From assembly GCA_964399865.1 (NCBI GenBank), contig CAYNRJ010000001.1, positions 475,984 to 539,983 of the forward strand: a stretch of 64,000 nt of DNA, given 5' to 3'. Each line of letters begins with the position of its first letter. Position 1 is the first letter of the stretch. The DNA comes from an uncultured Candidatus Saccharibacteria bacterium (GTDB lineage: Bacteria; Patescibacteriota; Minisyncoccia; Phycocordibacterales; UBA2100). Positions 1 through 9,566 of the stretch are shown one piece after another. Below the pieces are notes generated by a model. It was not told where the DNA came from and ran no database searches. It saw only the letters and a list, made by a program, of their open reading frames with translations. The position numbers and the translations under genes are program-made.

Positions 1-507
1 TCCTACGAGTGCGAGAAGTAACACGAATAACTGCATACGAGACCCTTTCGTAATTCGTGCGCTCTCCTTAAGAGCTTCGATAGGACCAAGGTTCCTATCA
101 ATAATTATGTACTGTCCGAACTGGTAGGTGAGGATAATGATGATACCTGGGACAATGAGAAGGATAAAACCGATGACCGCAGCAACACCTAACACTATTG
201 AGGATACGAGATAGCTGACGAAAGATTGTGGGTGCCACAATAAATTAATCTTTGCGGATTCAATTGAGTCATGCGCCTTAAGAAGAAACGCTGTGGTTCC
301 CATCCCGAGCAAGGTCGAAGCACCGAAGCTAACGAGAAAGCCTAAGAGACCTCCCATTCCTTCTGTGCCAAACAGACCTGCAACATAATTTATAACTGCA
401 CTCACAATGAACGTTACGATAAGTACGCCGATCAAGAACCATGGGCGTTTCTTGAAGGTTTCCCAACCGAAACGAAAGCACTCACCTACAGAGAGTTTGT
501 TTTGCAT
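1..507 (-). CDS. Multi-pass membrane protein, 3'-partial, running off the window start; tandem paralog of the next gene
   Basis: Reverse-strand reading from ATG (complement 505-507) gives MQNKLSVGECFRFGWETFKKRPWFLIGVL..., near-identical at the N-terminus to the 517-1221 product; hydrophobic throughout. Not in the ORF track because it is partial. Confidence 0.6.
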   Translation of the reverse strand, partial: MQNKLSVGECFRFGWETFKKRPWFLIGVLIVTFIVSAVINYVAGLFGTEGMGGLLGFLVSFGASTLLGMGTTAFLLKAHDSIESAKINLLWHPQSFVSYLVSSIVLGVAAVIGFILLIVPGIIIILTYQFGQYIIIDRNLGPIEALKESARITKGSRMQLFVLLLALVG

Positions 508-516
508 ATGCCATTA

Positions 517-1221
517 CTATACTACGACTGCGGGCGATGGAATTGACTCATCCCCACCCCTCCCCTGAAGCGTCTTGTACGCGTGCGCAAGAGCTATCAT
601 GGAAACCGGAGCACTCACGAGGACACCCACAAAGAGACAAAGAACCCCGTGGAAGTTAATAAGTACTACAAGAATAAGTAGTCCGAATAAAGGAAGGCGG
701 TTTCCCTTTGTTAGACCCCAGCTCTCCTTAAGGGCTGCAATCGGGCGCATTCCTTTATCAATAACAAAGAGACATGCAAACATCCACGCAACAGCGAAGA
801 TAAATCCAGGAATAATGAACAATGCTAGTCCCAGGAGGATCCCCAGGCCCGAGAGGAGGGTTACTCCAACGTATTTCCAGAAATGTGTTGGCGCCCACAT
901 GTCGCCAAGCTGGACAGTCGATACATCTGAAGCAGCCTTAAGAGACACGTTTGTCAAACCGATCTGCACAAGGAAACTAATTGCAAAGACGGCTACGAAA
1001 AGTGCTGCAAACGCCACGACCGTAAACAAAGCACCTACAGCGTCTGGCAGCAGGAACATTGTTAAAAAGGTGACAATCAGGATAACGAATTGGAATACCA
1101 ATCCAACTACTTGATTCGCGGCCATTCCGAGAAGCTGAGTCGCGATAAGAAACCAGGGGCGTTTCTTGAAGGTCTCCCACCCAAACCGGACGCACGCGGA
1201 CGCAGAGAGTTTATTTTGCAT
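517..1221 (-). CDS. Multi-pass membrane protein (DUF-like, FKKRPWF motif)
   Basis: ORF 517..1302(-); start trimmed to the internal Met (MQNKLSASACVRFGWETFKKRPWF) that matches the upstream paralog's start; several hydrophobic helices. Confidence 0.6.
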   Translation of the reverse strand: MQNKLSASACVRFGWETFKKRPWFLIATQLLGMAANQVVGLVFQFVILIVTFLTMFLLPDAVGALFTVVAFAALFVAVFAISFLVQIGLTNVSLKAASDVSTVQLGDMWAPTHFWKYVGVTLLSGLGILLGLALFIIPGFIFAVAWMFACLFVIDKGMRPIAALKESWGLTKGNRLPLFGLLILVVLINFHGVLCLFVGVLVSAPVSMIALAHAYKTLQGRGGDESIPSPAVVV

Positions 1222-1243
1222 ATGCCACCACTCTAGCGAGACT

Positions 1244-2926
1244 TCATGAAGACTGCAACACATCGAGGAGTCTAAGTGCCAGCCCTCCGCGGTATGAATC
1301 ACGCTCGAGCGTGCCTAGAATTCGAGCTTCTCCGCCGGAGGCGGGAGTATGCGTAAAAGTTTCGACAGAACGGAAGAAATCAAACGCGCGAATACGGGTG
1401 CGGGAGCTTCGACTTTCGAGCTGTATTTCCACGTGAGCGCTCTCTTTCCCAAATCGTTTTACACCTGAAACTATCGCATCTGATACAAGAAATACTGGCT
1501 TTGGATTCCCTACTCCAAATGGTGCAAGACGCGAGATATCTGCAAACAATGCCTCCGATGCTTCCGGGAGTGCAATAAGAAAATCTGATTCGCGCATAGC
1601 AACCTCGCGCGAATTCCCCTCAAGTTCTTTTGCCGCCGCTGTGAACACTTCCCCAAGATGATGCACCTTCTCGTTTGAGACAGAAAAACCGCCCGAGTGA
1701 GCATGACCACCGAATTCTTCGAGAACGTCTTTTGCTTTCGTAAAGAGTTCAACTATAGAAAGACTACCGTCTGAACGACACGAGCCCTTGAGGCGTCCGT
1801 TCGCATCCCTTCCCCACATACACACGATGCCACCACGATCTCCCATGATCGAATTTGCAGCGAGTCCCATGAGCGCAGGCTTCCATTCTGGATTTCCGAG
1901 GACCACAACCTTTTCGCCGGCCTGATATCTATCTCGTACCGCTTTGCGTGCTTGCTTCACGACTCCAGCTACAACTCCTTTTCTTTGCGCGTTCAACTCT
2001 TCAAGGTGAGCTGCTAATTTTTCTCCCTCATTTGGATCTTTTGTCGTGAGAAGAGAGAGGGCGAGTTGCGGTTCATCCATTCTCGAGGCCGCATTAATTC
2101 GAGGGCCGATCGAAAATCCGATGTCATCTTCAGTGAGCCTTGCGCGTGGAATGCGGAGACGATTGCAGAGCGCCATAATTCCCGGACGGGGGGATTTTCT
2201 TAAGACTCTTAGACCAAAGTGTACGAGCGCGCGATTCTCTCCGACGAGTGGCACCATATCAGCGACCGTCGCGATCGCGACGAGATCAAGTAACCACTTC
2301 TCCCACCCATCTTGGACCGCGGTGAAACCATCTAGCCCCCTCTTCTTCCCTTCTCGAAGAGTTGCTTGTGCGAGCTTGAACGCCATACCCGCACCGCAAA
2401 GATCACGGAACGGATACGCGCCCAGTTTTGGATTAAGTACAGCAACAGCGTCGGGAAGTGCGCCCGTGATCTCATGATGGTCGGTGACAATCACATCAAC
2501 ACCAAGTTTTTTCGCGTATTTTACTGACTCGATCGCCGTCGTTCCCACGTCGACCGTAATAATGAGTGAAACGCCTCGCTCCGAGAGTTGCTTAATTGCT
2601 TCCTGATGGAAGCCGTATCCTTCACGATCCCGGTGTGGGAGATACACTTCAAAATTTTTATATCCAACTTTCGTAAGAAAATCCGAGAGAACTGACGCTC
2701 CCGGGATACCGTCACAATCAAAATCAGCATACACAGCGATGCGCTCGCCTCCGGTAAGAGCGGCAAGGAAGCGTGTAACCGCCCGCTCCATTCCCTCTAT
2801 AAGGAACGGGTCGTGGGTATCGCGCTCGTAGTCAGGTGTTAAAAAACGCTCTACATCCTTATCCTCTGTGATTCCTCTCTTTCCGAGCAGGGTCCGAACT
2901 ACTTCTGAAACACTCATTCTGCCCAT
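1244..2926 (-). CDS. recJ: Single-stranded-DNA-specific exonuclease RecJ (DHH/DHHA1 family)
   Basis: 560 aa; DHH motif 'VDVIVTDHHE', 'IITVDVG', 'GGHAHSGGF' DHHA1-like segment; typical RecJ length. Confidence 0.85.
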   Translation of the reverse strand: MGRMSVSEVVRTLLGKRGITEDKDVERFLTPDYERDTHDPFLIEGMERAVTRFLAALTGGERIAVYADFDCDGIPGASVLSDFLTKVGYKNFEVYLPHRDREGYGFHQEAIKQLSERGVSLIITVDVGTTAIESVKYAKKLGVDVIVTDHHEITGALPDAVAVLNPKLGAYPFRDLCGAGMAFKLAQATLREGKKRGLDGFTAVQDGWEKWLLDLVAIATVADMVPLVGENRALVHFGLRVLRKSPRPGIMALCNRLRIPRARLTEDDIGFSIGPRINAASRMDEPQLALSLLTTKDPNEGEKLAAHLEELNAQRKGVVAGVVKQARKAVRDRYQAGEKVVVLGNPEWKPALMGLAANSIMGDRGGIVCMWGRDANGRLKGSCRSDGSLSIVELFTKAKDVLEEFGGHAHSGGFSVSNEKVHHLGEVFTAAAKELEGNSREVAMRESDFLIALPEASEALFADISRLAPFGVGNPKPVFLVSDAIVSGVKRFGKESAHVEIQLESRSSRTRIRAFDFFRSVETFTHTPASGGEARILGTLERDSYRGGLALRLLDVLQSS

Positions 2927-2974
2927 TGTACCTCAGTGCTTGATACCGAATACTTCATGGGCCATACTGAACCT

Positions 2975-3385
2975 ATGGCTGACTGCATATTTTGCAAGAT
3001 CGTTAAGGGAGAGCTACCGACAAGCAAGGTCTACGAAAACGACAGGGTGTTCGCCTTCTTAGATATCCATCCGGTGAATGCAGGGCACACTCTCGTGATC
3101 CCAAAAAAACATTCAAAGAACGTCTTTGATGTTGCGCCCGAGGATTGGGCTGCGATGACTGAAGCAGTGCGTATGCTTTCAGAGGTTATCGAAAAAGCAG
3201 TTGGCGCAAACGGCATTAATATCGGCATGAACAATCGCGAACACGCAGGGCAAGTCGTGGATCATGCGCACATGCACATCATCCCGCGTTTCAAAGGAGA
3301 TGGTTTTAAATTATTTCCTCAAAGAATGTACGAGGATAAAGAGGCGGAGACAACGCTTCAGAAAATACACGCTGCCCTAAGGTAA
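2975..3385 (+). CDS. HIT-family (histidine triad) nucleotide hydrolase
   Basis: 'CIFCKIV...', 'HTLVIPKKH', histidine triad 'HAHMHIIPR'. An alternative upstream start at 2936 is possible. Confidence 0.8.
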   Translation: MADCIFCKIVKGELPTSKVYENDRVFAFLDIHPVNAGHTLVIPKKHSKNVFDVAPEDWAAMTEAVRMLSEVIEKAVGANGINIGMNNREHAGQVVDHAHMHIIPRFKGDGFKLFPQRMYEDKEAETTLQKIHAALR

Positions 3386-3401
3386 CGGGTGGCTTAAGTG
3401 A

Positions 3402-5117
3402 CTATTGGCACACAAACTGACAATTTGGACCAGTTCTTCCTACCCATGAACCATCCGAGCACTGCATAGCATCAGCAGTACAAGCAACTGACCCTGTGCT
3501 GCACGCACCTTCATACTTGAACACGGCATTCTCTGCATTCATTGCACAGCGATTTGAATATGTTTTTCCGTACTGACATTCTGCGGGATAGCTTCCTGGA
3601 GCGAATTTAGATATGAGGCAGTAATACGGTGTCGCACATACTGGAGAGTACTCCATTGTGCAGGCTGTAACTGCATTTCCTACCTTTACTGTTGTCGTCG
3701 TTTTCGTTTCCGCACCACCTGCGTCACGCACAACGATTGTTACCTTGTATGTACCCGCGATCGAATACGTATGTGAGAAGGTTGTAGTCTGCACGAATGA
3801 TTCCGCGCGCATACCTGCTGACATAGTTGGCACGGCATAGTACTCATCCCCCCAGGTTATCTGATAACTAAGCTGCTGATTCTCTGGGTCGCTCGCGGAT
3901 ATTGTCCATGTGCCTGCCTGATTCACTGAAAGCGTTGTTGGACCAGAGAACGTAGAAACAACTGGTGGTTTATTTGTTGTGACCGTTCGGTCAAAGTAAC
4001 TAGTGCAGTATGCTTTCTGTGCGATATCGCCCGGCGCACATGCTTTGAGCGTGCACATCCCAGGACCTCCCGGTGTGCCACGTGAGCAAGAATTGCAACC
4101 GTCGTACCACGTTTTGCACTGCGGATCAGACGCAGGGTCGGTTGTTATTGTCTTACATTGTCCTTCGTGTACGAACATCGCGCCTGCAGCGAGCATCTCG
4201 CAGCGGTTACCGTACGTCTGCTGCACAGGATTGCATGGCGCTGTGATGCAGTAGACCTGAGTCTGTCCGCAGACTGGCATATATTCTTTCGTGCACGCCA
4301 TCTGATCTCCGACGATGATCTGCACTTTTCCTACAGTTTCCTGTTGAATTGCTGCGCGGCATGCAACTTGCCCGGCACATGGATCAATAGTGTGAGTAAG
4401 CGTTGCGGTATATGTGCCATTTGCCGTATAGGTGTGAGTGTTTACTCCTGGACCGGTGCACGCATCCGCTGGTGCTGGACAATTTGTCGCAGCCTCGCTT
4501 GATCCATCTCCGAAATTAATTGTGTATGTGTGTCCCGGAGCGCGGAAACCACTGAGCCACGTGTTGAACTTCACTGTAAGCGGTGCAGTTCCCCTCTGAG
4601 GATTTGCAGTAAATCGCTGCGCTGAATTACCGCCTCCGCACCAGATCTTAATTCGTTCACGACTTAGTGGACCGAATGTTCCTATACTCTGAACGCCTTG
4701 TGCAGCTTGCCACTTTGCAACAGCCTGCGCAGTGACGGGCCCAAAGTATCCTGTCGCATTCGCTGAAAAATATCCCTCTTGATTCAAAAATTCTTGCAGA
4801 CTCATCACGTCGTCACCCTGCGCACCAACAGAAAGCGAGCGAGTTAACCGCTCACATACGCGATGCTTTTGGGGATTAGCAGATGGGTTATTGAAGGAGT
4901 CCAGAATGATACTGCTACCGGTAACTGTAGCGTTAGAAGATCCCTGGAGGCCATTCAATTGCTTCGTAAGTTCTGCAACTTTGGCGAGAAGCTCCCTTAT
5001 CTGTGACTGGATCTGCTCGACGGAAGTTACTTGAGCCTCTACTGGACTCGCGAGAAAACTCCCCGAGACGATGAGGATACCTGCGATCCCTATACTGGCC
5101 AAAATTCGCTTATGCAT
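3402..5117 (-). CDS. Secreted protein with a peptidoglycan-binding (PG_binding_1-like) domain plus Cys-rich/PKD-like domains
   Basis: Signal peptide 'MHKRILASIGIAGILIVSGSFLASPVEA'; coiled-coil; 'DDVMSLQEFLNQEGYF...GYFGPVTAQAVAKWQAAQGV' PG-binding motif; many paired Cys. Confidence 0.6.
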   Translation of the reverse strand: MHKRILASIGIAGILIVSGSFLASPVEAQVTSVEQIQSQIRELLAKVAELTKQLNGLQGSSNATVTGSSIILDSFNNPSANPQKHRVCERLTRSLSVGAQGDDVMSLQEFLNQEGYFSANATGYFGPVTAQAVAKWQAAQGVQSIGTFGPLSRERIKIWCGGGNSAQRFTANPQRGTAPLTVKFNTWLSGFRAPGHTYTINFGDGSSEAATNCPAPADACTGPGVNTHTYTANGTYTATLTHTIDPCAGQVACRAAIQQETVGKVQIIVGDQMACTKEYMPVCGQTQVYCITAPCNPVQQTYGNRCEMLAAGAMFVHEGQCKTITTDPASDPQCKTWYDGCNSCSRGTPGGPGMCTLKACAPGDIAQKAYCTSYFDRTVTTNKPPVVSTFSGPTTLSVNQAGTWTISASDPENQQLSYQITWGDEYYAVPTMSAGMRAESFVQTTTFSHTYSIAGTYKVTIVVRDAGGAETKTTTTVKVGNAVTACTMEYSPVCATPYYCLISKFAPGSYPAECQYGKTYSNRCAMNAENAVFKYEGACSTGSVACTADAMQCSDGSWVGRTGPNCQFVCQ

Positions 5118-5254
5118 ACGTAGTAAAAAACTTAGTCTTTAAATAATGATTTTAGTGTAGCACTGGATGAGACGTGCGAGCGGCCAACTTCTTTCCGTTG
5201 CATATCTCCGATTTCGTGGTTAAGTATTCGAAGTCAGAACGCCAGGAGGGCACG

Positions 5255-6037
5255 ATGACAGAAACGTTGAGCATTGAGGCTGCCGAGTCAGATCTGAAGC
5301 AGATTTGGGGACGCATCTACGGCCTCTTATATGGACGAATCGGGTCCAGCACGTTCGAGACGTGGTGTAGGTCCCTCGACTTCCACTCGCGCCAGGGTGC
5401 GACGGTATATTTGTCCGTCCCCACGCGATCGCTGCGTCATTGGATTGCCGGGCATTACGTTTCCGACCTCCTCGACTTGTGGAAGGAGTACGGGATCGAG
5501 AAAGTGGAGATAGTGCTGCGGGGCGTTGAACGCGCTCCCCCGGCGCCACAGATCGAAAAGCCGCGCCGAGTTCCGAGACGAGGAGTCATGTCGAGAGTGG
5601 CTCTAGAGGACCCGCCAAGCGAGCGAGAGGACACAGAAGTACGGGCACGGAAGCCCGCCCGGACTATCGCGAATCGGGACCTGCCGAAGCTCCCGCTCCT
5701 GCCGTCACTCGCGGCCGAGGAGATCGCCGGACTGCGGCAGAGGTACCCTGAGCGCTTTACGATCGATAACGTAGCGAACAAGGTGGCGGCCGCGTTCAAA
5801 ACGACGGAACTGGACATGATCCATCGCAACGAGCAGATCATGCTGCTCGCTCTTCGCATCACCATGCTGATCGCAGTCGAGTTACTGGGGATGGATAAGC
5901 GAGATGTTGCGGACGCACTCCGCATCAACTACATGCGCGTGGCATCTGGACTGAGCCACCTCGAGCGACAGATCACGGCGAATCCGCCCCTGCAGGACGT
6001 GATCGACCGACTGAAGGTGTTCATCCTCCGCGGCTAG
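5255..6037 (+). CDS. DnaA-like protein with an N-terminal domain-I-like region and a C-terminal domain-IV (DnaA box-binding HTH) but no AAA+ ATPase domain
   Basis: ORF 5174..6037 trimmed to MTETLS (strong SD 'aggaggg' 8 nt upstream). N-term 'FETWCRSLDF...VYLSVPTRSLRHWIAGHYVSDLLDLW' resembles DnaA_N. C-term 'FTIDNVANKVAAAF...IMLLALRITMLIAVELLGMDKRDVADALRINYMRVASGLSHLERQI' resembles DnaA domain IV. No Walker A/B. Local GC about 57-58 %. Confidence 0.55.
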   Translation: MTETLSIEAAESDLKQIWGRIYGLLYGRIGSSTFETWCRSLDFHSRQGATVYLSVPTRSLRHWIAGHYVSDLLDLWKEYGIEKVEIVLRGVERAPPAPQIEKPRRVPRRGVMSRVALEDPPSEREDTEVRARKPARTIANRDLPKLPLLPSLAAEEIAGLRQRYPERFTIDNVANKVAAAFKTTELDMIHRNEQIMLLALRITMLIAVELLGMDKRDVADALRINYMRVASGLSHLERQITANPPLQDVIDRLKVFILRG

Positions 6038-6055
6038 TGCCGCCGAAGAATGCGA

Positions 6056-6084
6056 GAGGGCGCCCCATGGGTGCCCTCCTTTTT
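6056..6084. terminator. Bidirectional rho-independent terminator between convergent genes
   Basis: GAGGGCGCCCC-atg-GGGTGCCCTC hairpin followed by TTTTT; lies between the DnaA-like (+) stop and the pgk (-) stop. Confidence 0.6.
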
Positions 6085-7219
6085 ACTTGAGCGCTTCCAC
6101 GCCCGGGAGTGTCCCTTTCAATAGATATTCGAGCATTGCGCCTCCTCCTGTAGATAGAAACCCAAGTTTTTCTTGCGGCACTCCTGTTGCTTCGATAGCA
6201 GCGATGGTGTCTCCTCCTCCAATCACTACCTTTGCTCCTCGCGCGTGGGCGTTTGCTATAAGCTCAGCGATTTGATGCGTGTACGTAATATATCCTTTCT
6301 CGTACATACCTGTTGGACCACTCCACAAAATACTTTTTGCTTCCGCGATGAATGGCGCGAGCATCGCCACTGTCTCGGGTCCAATGTCCACTATCTTGTC
6401 ATCCTCTGTCACACCTTCAGGCTTCTTAACTCCCGCATGTCCATCTGATGTCTCCCCTGTCACATCGATAGGTGCAAGGAACTTTGGATTCGAAAGAATA
6501 TCTTCGCCAGGAAGTTCCTTTGATATGAGCGATCGTCCTACTGGAAGCCCGCGCGCTTTGAATACGTCATTTGCGAGCGCGCCTGTGATGAAGAGATGAT
6601 CATACGCACTAAGGAGTGCATTAATGAGAGGTGCTTTCGTTTCGAATTTTGCGCCGCCAAGGATAGCAAACGAGGGTGATTCTGGAGTGCGTGCTTTATT
6701 TAATTGTTCAACTTCTTCTTTCATAAGAAGTCCCGCGTACGACGGCAAGAACTTTGGAATACCAACCATTGATGCACTCTCACGGTGAGCGCTCGGGAAT
6801 GCGTCACTCACATATAGTTCAGCGAGCGATGCGACCTCGCGCGCAAATGATTCATCGCCCGCTACCTCACGAGCGTCCTGCTGTAAATTCTCCAGAAGGA
6901 TGACGTCGCCTTCTCGCATCGCACTAATCGCACTAGTCACCGCCGGTCCCGATAATGCAGGAACATAAAAGACCGGGAGAAATGCTTTCATCGCCTCCGC
7001 AACTGGCTTCGTGGTGTCCTTCACATCGCGACCGATCTTTGCGATGACTATCACGCGTGCGCCATTTTTCGAGAGGAATTCAATTGTTGCGAGAGAACGC
7101 TTGAGTCGGAATATATCCGATACCTGCCCCTTATCATTGAGTGGAAGATCGAGCCCTGCACGAAGAAGTACACGTTTACCTTTAAGATCACCCGCCGGGA
7201 TTTCGTTGATGCATTTCAT
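6083..7219 (-). CDS. pgk: Phosphoglycerate kinase
   Basis: 378 aa; N-term 'KRVLLRAGLDLPL', 'GGGDTIAAI', 'STGGGAMLEYL' conserved PGK motifs. Confidence 0.9.
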   Translation of the reverse strand: MKCINEIPAGDLKGKRVLLRAGLDLPLNDKGQVSDIFRLKRSLATIEFLSKNGARVIVIAKIGRDVKDTTKPVAEAMKAFLPVFYVPALSGPAVTSAISAMREGDVILLENLQQDAREVAGDESFAREVASLAELYVSDAFPSAHRESASMVGIPKFLPSYAGLLMKEEVEQLNKARTPESPSFAILGGAKFETKAPLINALLSAYDHLFITGALANDVFKARGLPVGRSLISKELPGEDILSNPKFLAPIDVTGETSDGHAGVKKPEGVTEDDKIVDIGPETVAMLAPFIAEAKSILWSGPTGMYEKGYITYTHQIAELIANAHARGAKVVIGGGDTIAAIEATGVPQEKLGFLSTGGGAMLEYLLKGTLPGVEALK

Positions 7220-7225
7220 AAGGCG

Positions 7226-7972
7226 TTATTTTAATGCATCGAGGAGCGCACCAAATTCTGATGCGTGGATACTCGCACGACCGACAAGAAAGCCCGACGT
7301 GTCGCCGTGCGCGAGCATCGCAACTGCGTTCGTTGAATCTACTGAACCTCCATATAAAATTTTCATTTTGTGTCCGATCTCACCATGCAATTCAACAACA
7401 GTTTTGCGTATAAAAATTGCCATCTCATGCATGTCCCTTGGAGCCATCGCGGTCGCTCCCCCAATCGCCCAGAGCGGTTCGTACGTGACGATCACGCGAT
7501 TCACTCGAGCAGAAACATCAGTGAGACCGACACGTAATTGTTCACGAACGATCCCAAAATGTTCTGCGCCTTGGGTCCGTACTTTTTCACCGACGCACAG
7601 AATAGGAATTAGTTTCGTAAAAAGTGCGGCCGTTACTTTTCTTCGAGTATCATCATTTGATTCCCCCATCTCCCTCCTTTCCGCATGACCGATTATGACG
7701 TAGGAAGCTCCTGCCTCTTTTGCTTGTTGCATTGAGATCTCCCCTGTATGAGCTCCGCTTGGTTCAAAATGTGCGTTCTGCGCTGCAAATAAGACTTTTC
7801 CTCCGCGAATTTCTTTCGCGAGCTGACGTAGATACAGAGCAGGCGGAGCAACGACAATCGTCGTATGACTAGCCATACTCGCGAGATGCTTCGTCTCTTC
7901 AAGGAGTCGCTTTGCTTCTCGCCACGAGGGAGGGTTCATCTTCCAGTTCGCGACCACAAGCGATTTTGCCAT
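7226..7972 (-). CDS. tpiA: Triosephosphate isomerase
   Basis: ORF 7226..8284 trimmed to 'MAKSLVVANWKMNP'; 'GHAERR', 'YEPLWAIGG' TIM signatures; 249 aa matches TIM length. The upstream 105-codon extension crosses intergenic repeat A and is taken as spurious. Confidence 0.85.
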   Translation of the reverse strand: MAKSLVVANWKMNPPSWREAKRLLEETKHLASMASHTTIVVAPPALYLRQLAKEIRGGKVLFAAQNAHFEPSGAHTGEISMQQAKEAGASYVIIGHAERREMGESNDDTRRKVTAALFTKLIPILCVGEKVRTQGAEHFGIVREQLRVGLTDVSARVNRVIVTYEPLWAIGGATAMAPRDMHEMAIFIRKTVVELHGEIGHKMKILYGGSVDSTNAVAMLAHGDTSGFLVGRASIHASEFGALLDALK

Positions 7973-8024
7973 TGCCGCGATTGTACCATGCTGCTTCTTC
8001 CCTACCTCAAGCGAGGGACGATGC

Positions 8025-8103
8025 CTCTTGAGGGTCTTCGCAGGCGCGGCGGCGCCGAGACCGAGCGCTGCGCCAGCAGGCGCAGATAGCGACCCGAAAG
8101 AGG
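8025..8103. repeat. GC-rich ~80-nt intergenic element, copy A (second copy at 13253-13333)
   Basis: Direct repeat with about 4 mismatches over ~75 nt; 5' CCTCTT pairs with 3' AAGAGG, forming the terminal stem; lies between tpiA and the PilX-like gene. Confidence 0.7.
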
Positions 8104-8117
8104 TATCGTTCCAAGCG

Positions 8118-9563
8118 TTAATTCTCTCTCCAAAGCGCAAACTTATAGTCCGTCGAAATAATTGGCGTAAACGGTGGCGGAGAAAAGGCGAGCAATTGAT
8201 CGTAGTAATCGTATCGTTGCAAATAACCCGATATCGTAACCCCGCCCGAGACCCACGCTGTTCCCGTGCGGCCATTCGAGACAACTGTCCCTACTGTTGT
8301 GAGTTCGCTTTGTGTCACATACGACGCGTACGATGACCCCACCCTTTGGCTGTTATCGTATGAAGAGCTGTTCGTAAAGAAGTCGCGACCATAGTGCCCA
8401 CTTTGTGCGACGAAGACCCCATGTATTTCCATATCGTCAGGAGACACGAGCGGGATAAGAACGTTGCGCTCGGCAATCACCGTGAGGCCATCCGTTCCAT
8501 CATTTGATGCGTATAAAATGTCATCGCGTAGATATGCGTCCGGACTCGTACTGGAATTATCCGGAGTCGCGGCAACAACGGTTACTTTCCCATTTACTGT
8601 ACCTTCTATCCATACGCGGTCCTCGAAGAAAAGGAGACTGCAGTCAGACGGAATTGCGTATGTTCCAAGGAGCGACTGATTACTAATAGTGCTGTACTCT
8701 GTTCCCCACCCGTACTGACTAGAGGAACTTGGGTGCCCGACGGTCGCAGACACTCTATATATAGTCACTGTGCCATTAGAATTGAAGATAAGATGGTACC
8801 CGCGATTATTCACAGTGCCGGAGGCAGCTGCTCGATAAATTCCTCCCTCGTTTTGAGCTTTAGTCCTAAGGTCCGTAAAATTTACTCCGATTGCAGCGAA
8901 ATTCACATTCGGAACCGGATAGGTCCAGAGCGCTGGGTTACTTCCACTTCCAACGACACCCGGCGCATTTGATTGCGTAGGAGAACAATTGTAGTTCGAG
9001 TCACAGCTCCAAGTCGCTACAGCACTCATGACATCGGAGTTGTGTGTTGCATCCATTCGGACTCCACCGTTCGAGTGATACGGTCCTCGAATGTTTCTGT
9101 CCGGACCCGCCCATACGTTGCTATTTAATAGGTATGAATATTCAGCAACCGAGGGCATCATGTACCGTGCTGAAAGCGTGCGCTTAAATCCTACGCCGGC
9201 GTTCGATCTCCCTTCCGACACAAGATCCACCCATTGCACCGCATCGCATTGAAGATTTGCAGTTGCGGTCACCGTGGCATCCCCTATCTCTCCTCCCTCA
9301 GGATCATCCACATCATAGTCGTATGGACTTACGAGCCCAGTACCGTCATCAAGGATCTCAGGATTATGCGCAAGGAACCATCGATAATATTCAAGACCTG
9401 CTTCCGCAACATGGAGTGCCTGCTCTCTCGCATACAGAGCGCGTCCATATTTAGATTGTGTAAGCGCGTAACTCGAGATCGTTCCAAGAATTAGGCCGAA
9501 CACACCGATGAATGCTACGACGAGCATGACAGTGATCCCTGATTCTGATGTTCTTTTTGTCAT
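8118..9563 (-). CDS. Large type IV pilin-like / PilX-like minor pilin protein
   Basis: N-terminal hydrophobic helix 'ITVMLVVAFIGVFGLILG' followed by a PilX_N-like 'ALYAREQALHVAEAGLE'; 481 aa, Ser/Thr/Asn-rich extracellular part. Confidence 0.55.
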   Translation of the reverse strand: MTKRTSESGITVMLVVAFIGVFGLILGTISSYALTQSKYGRALYAREQALHVAEAGLEYYRWFLAHNPEILDDGTGLVSPYDYDVDDPEGGEIGDATVTATANLQCDAVQWVDLVSEGRSNAGVGFKRTLSARYMMPSVAEYSYLLNSNVWAGPDRNIRGPYHSNGGVRMDATHNSDVMSAVATWSCDSNYNCSPTQSNAPGVVGSGSNPALWTYPVPNVNFAAIGVNFTDLRTKAQNEGGIYRAAASGTVNNRGYHLIFNSNGTVTIYRVSATVGHPSSSSQYGWGTEYSTISNQSLLGTYAIPSDCSLLFFEDRVWIEGTVNGKVTVVAATPDNSSTSPDAYLRDDILYASNDGTDGLTVIAERNVLIPLVSPDDMEIHGVFVAQSGHYGRDFFTNSSSYDNSQRVGSSYASYVTQSELTTVGTVVSNGRTGTAWVSGGVTISGYLQRYDYYDQLLAFSPPPFTPIISTDYKFALWREN

Positions 9564-9566
9564 AGA

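Noticed and set aside
575-1114. Plus-strand 179-aa ORF antisense to the membrane-protein gene
   Set aside because: Low-complexity Arg/Thr-rich translation fully contained inside a better-supported minus-strand gene. Taken as a typical antisense shadow ORF, as were many others in the track (for example 16817..17350 inside nusA, 23805..24545 inside rny, 30497..31036 inside cca, 52736..53395 inside the VirB6-like gene).
7973-8284. 105-codon N-terminal extension of the tpiA ORF (track ORF 7226..8284)
   Set aside because: The extension runs through the GC-rich intergenic repeat A and has Arg/Ala-rich low-complexity translation. A TIM of 249 aa starting at MAKSLVVANWKMNP matches canonical length and conservation.
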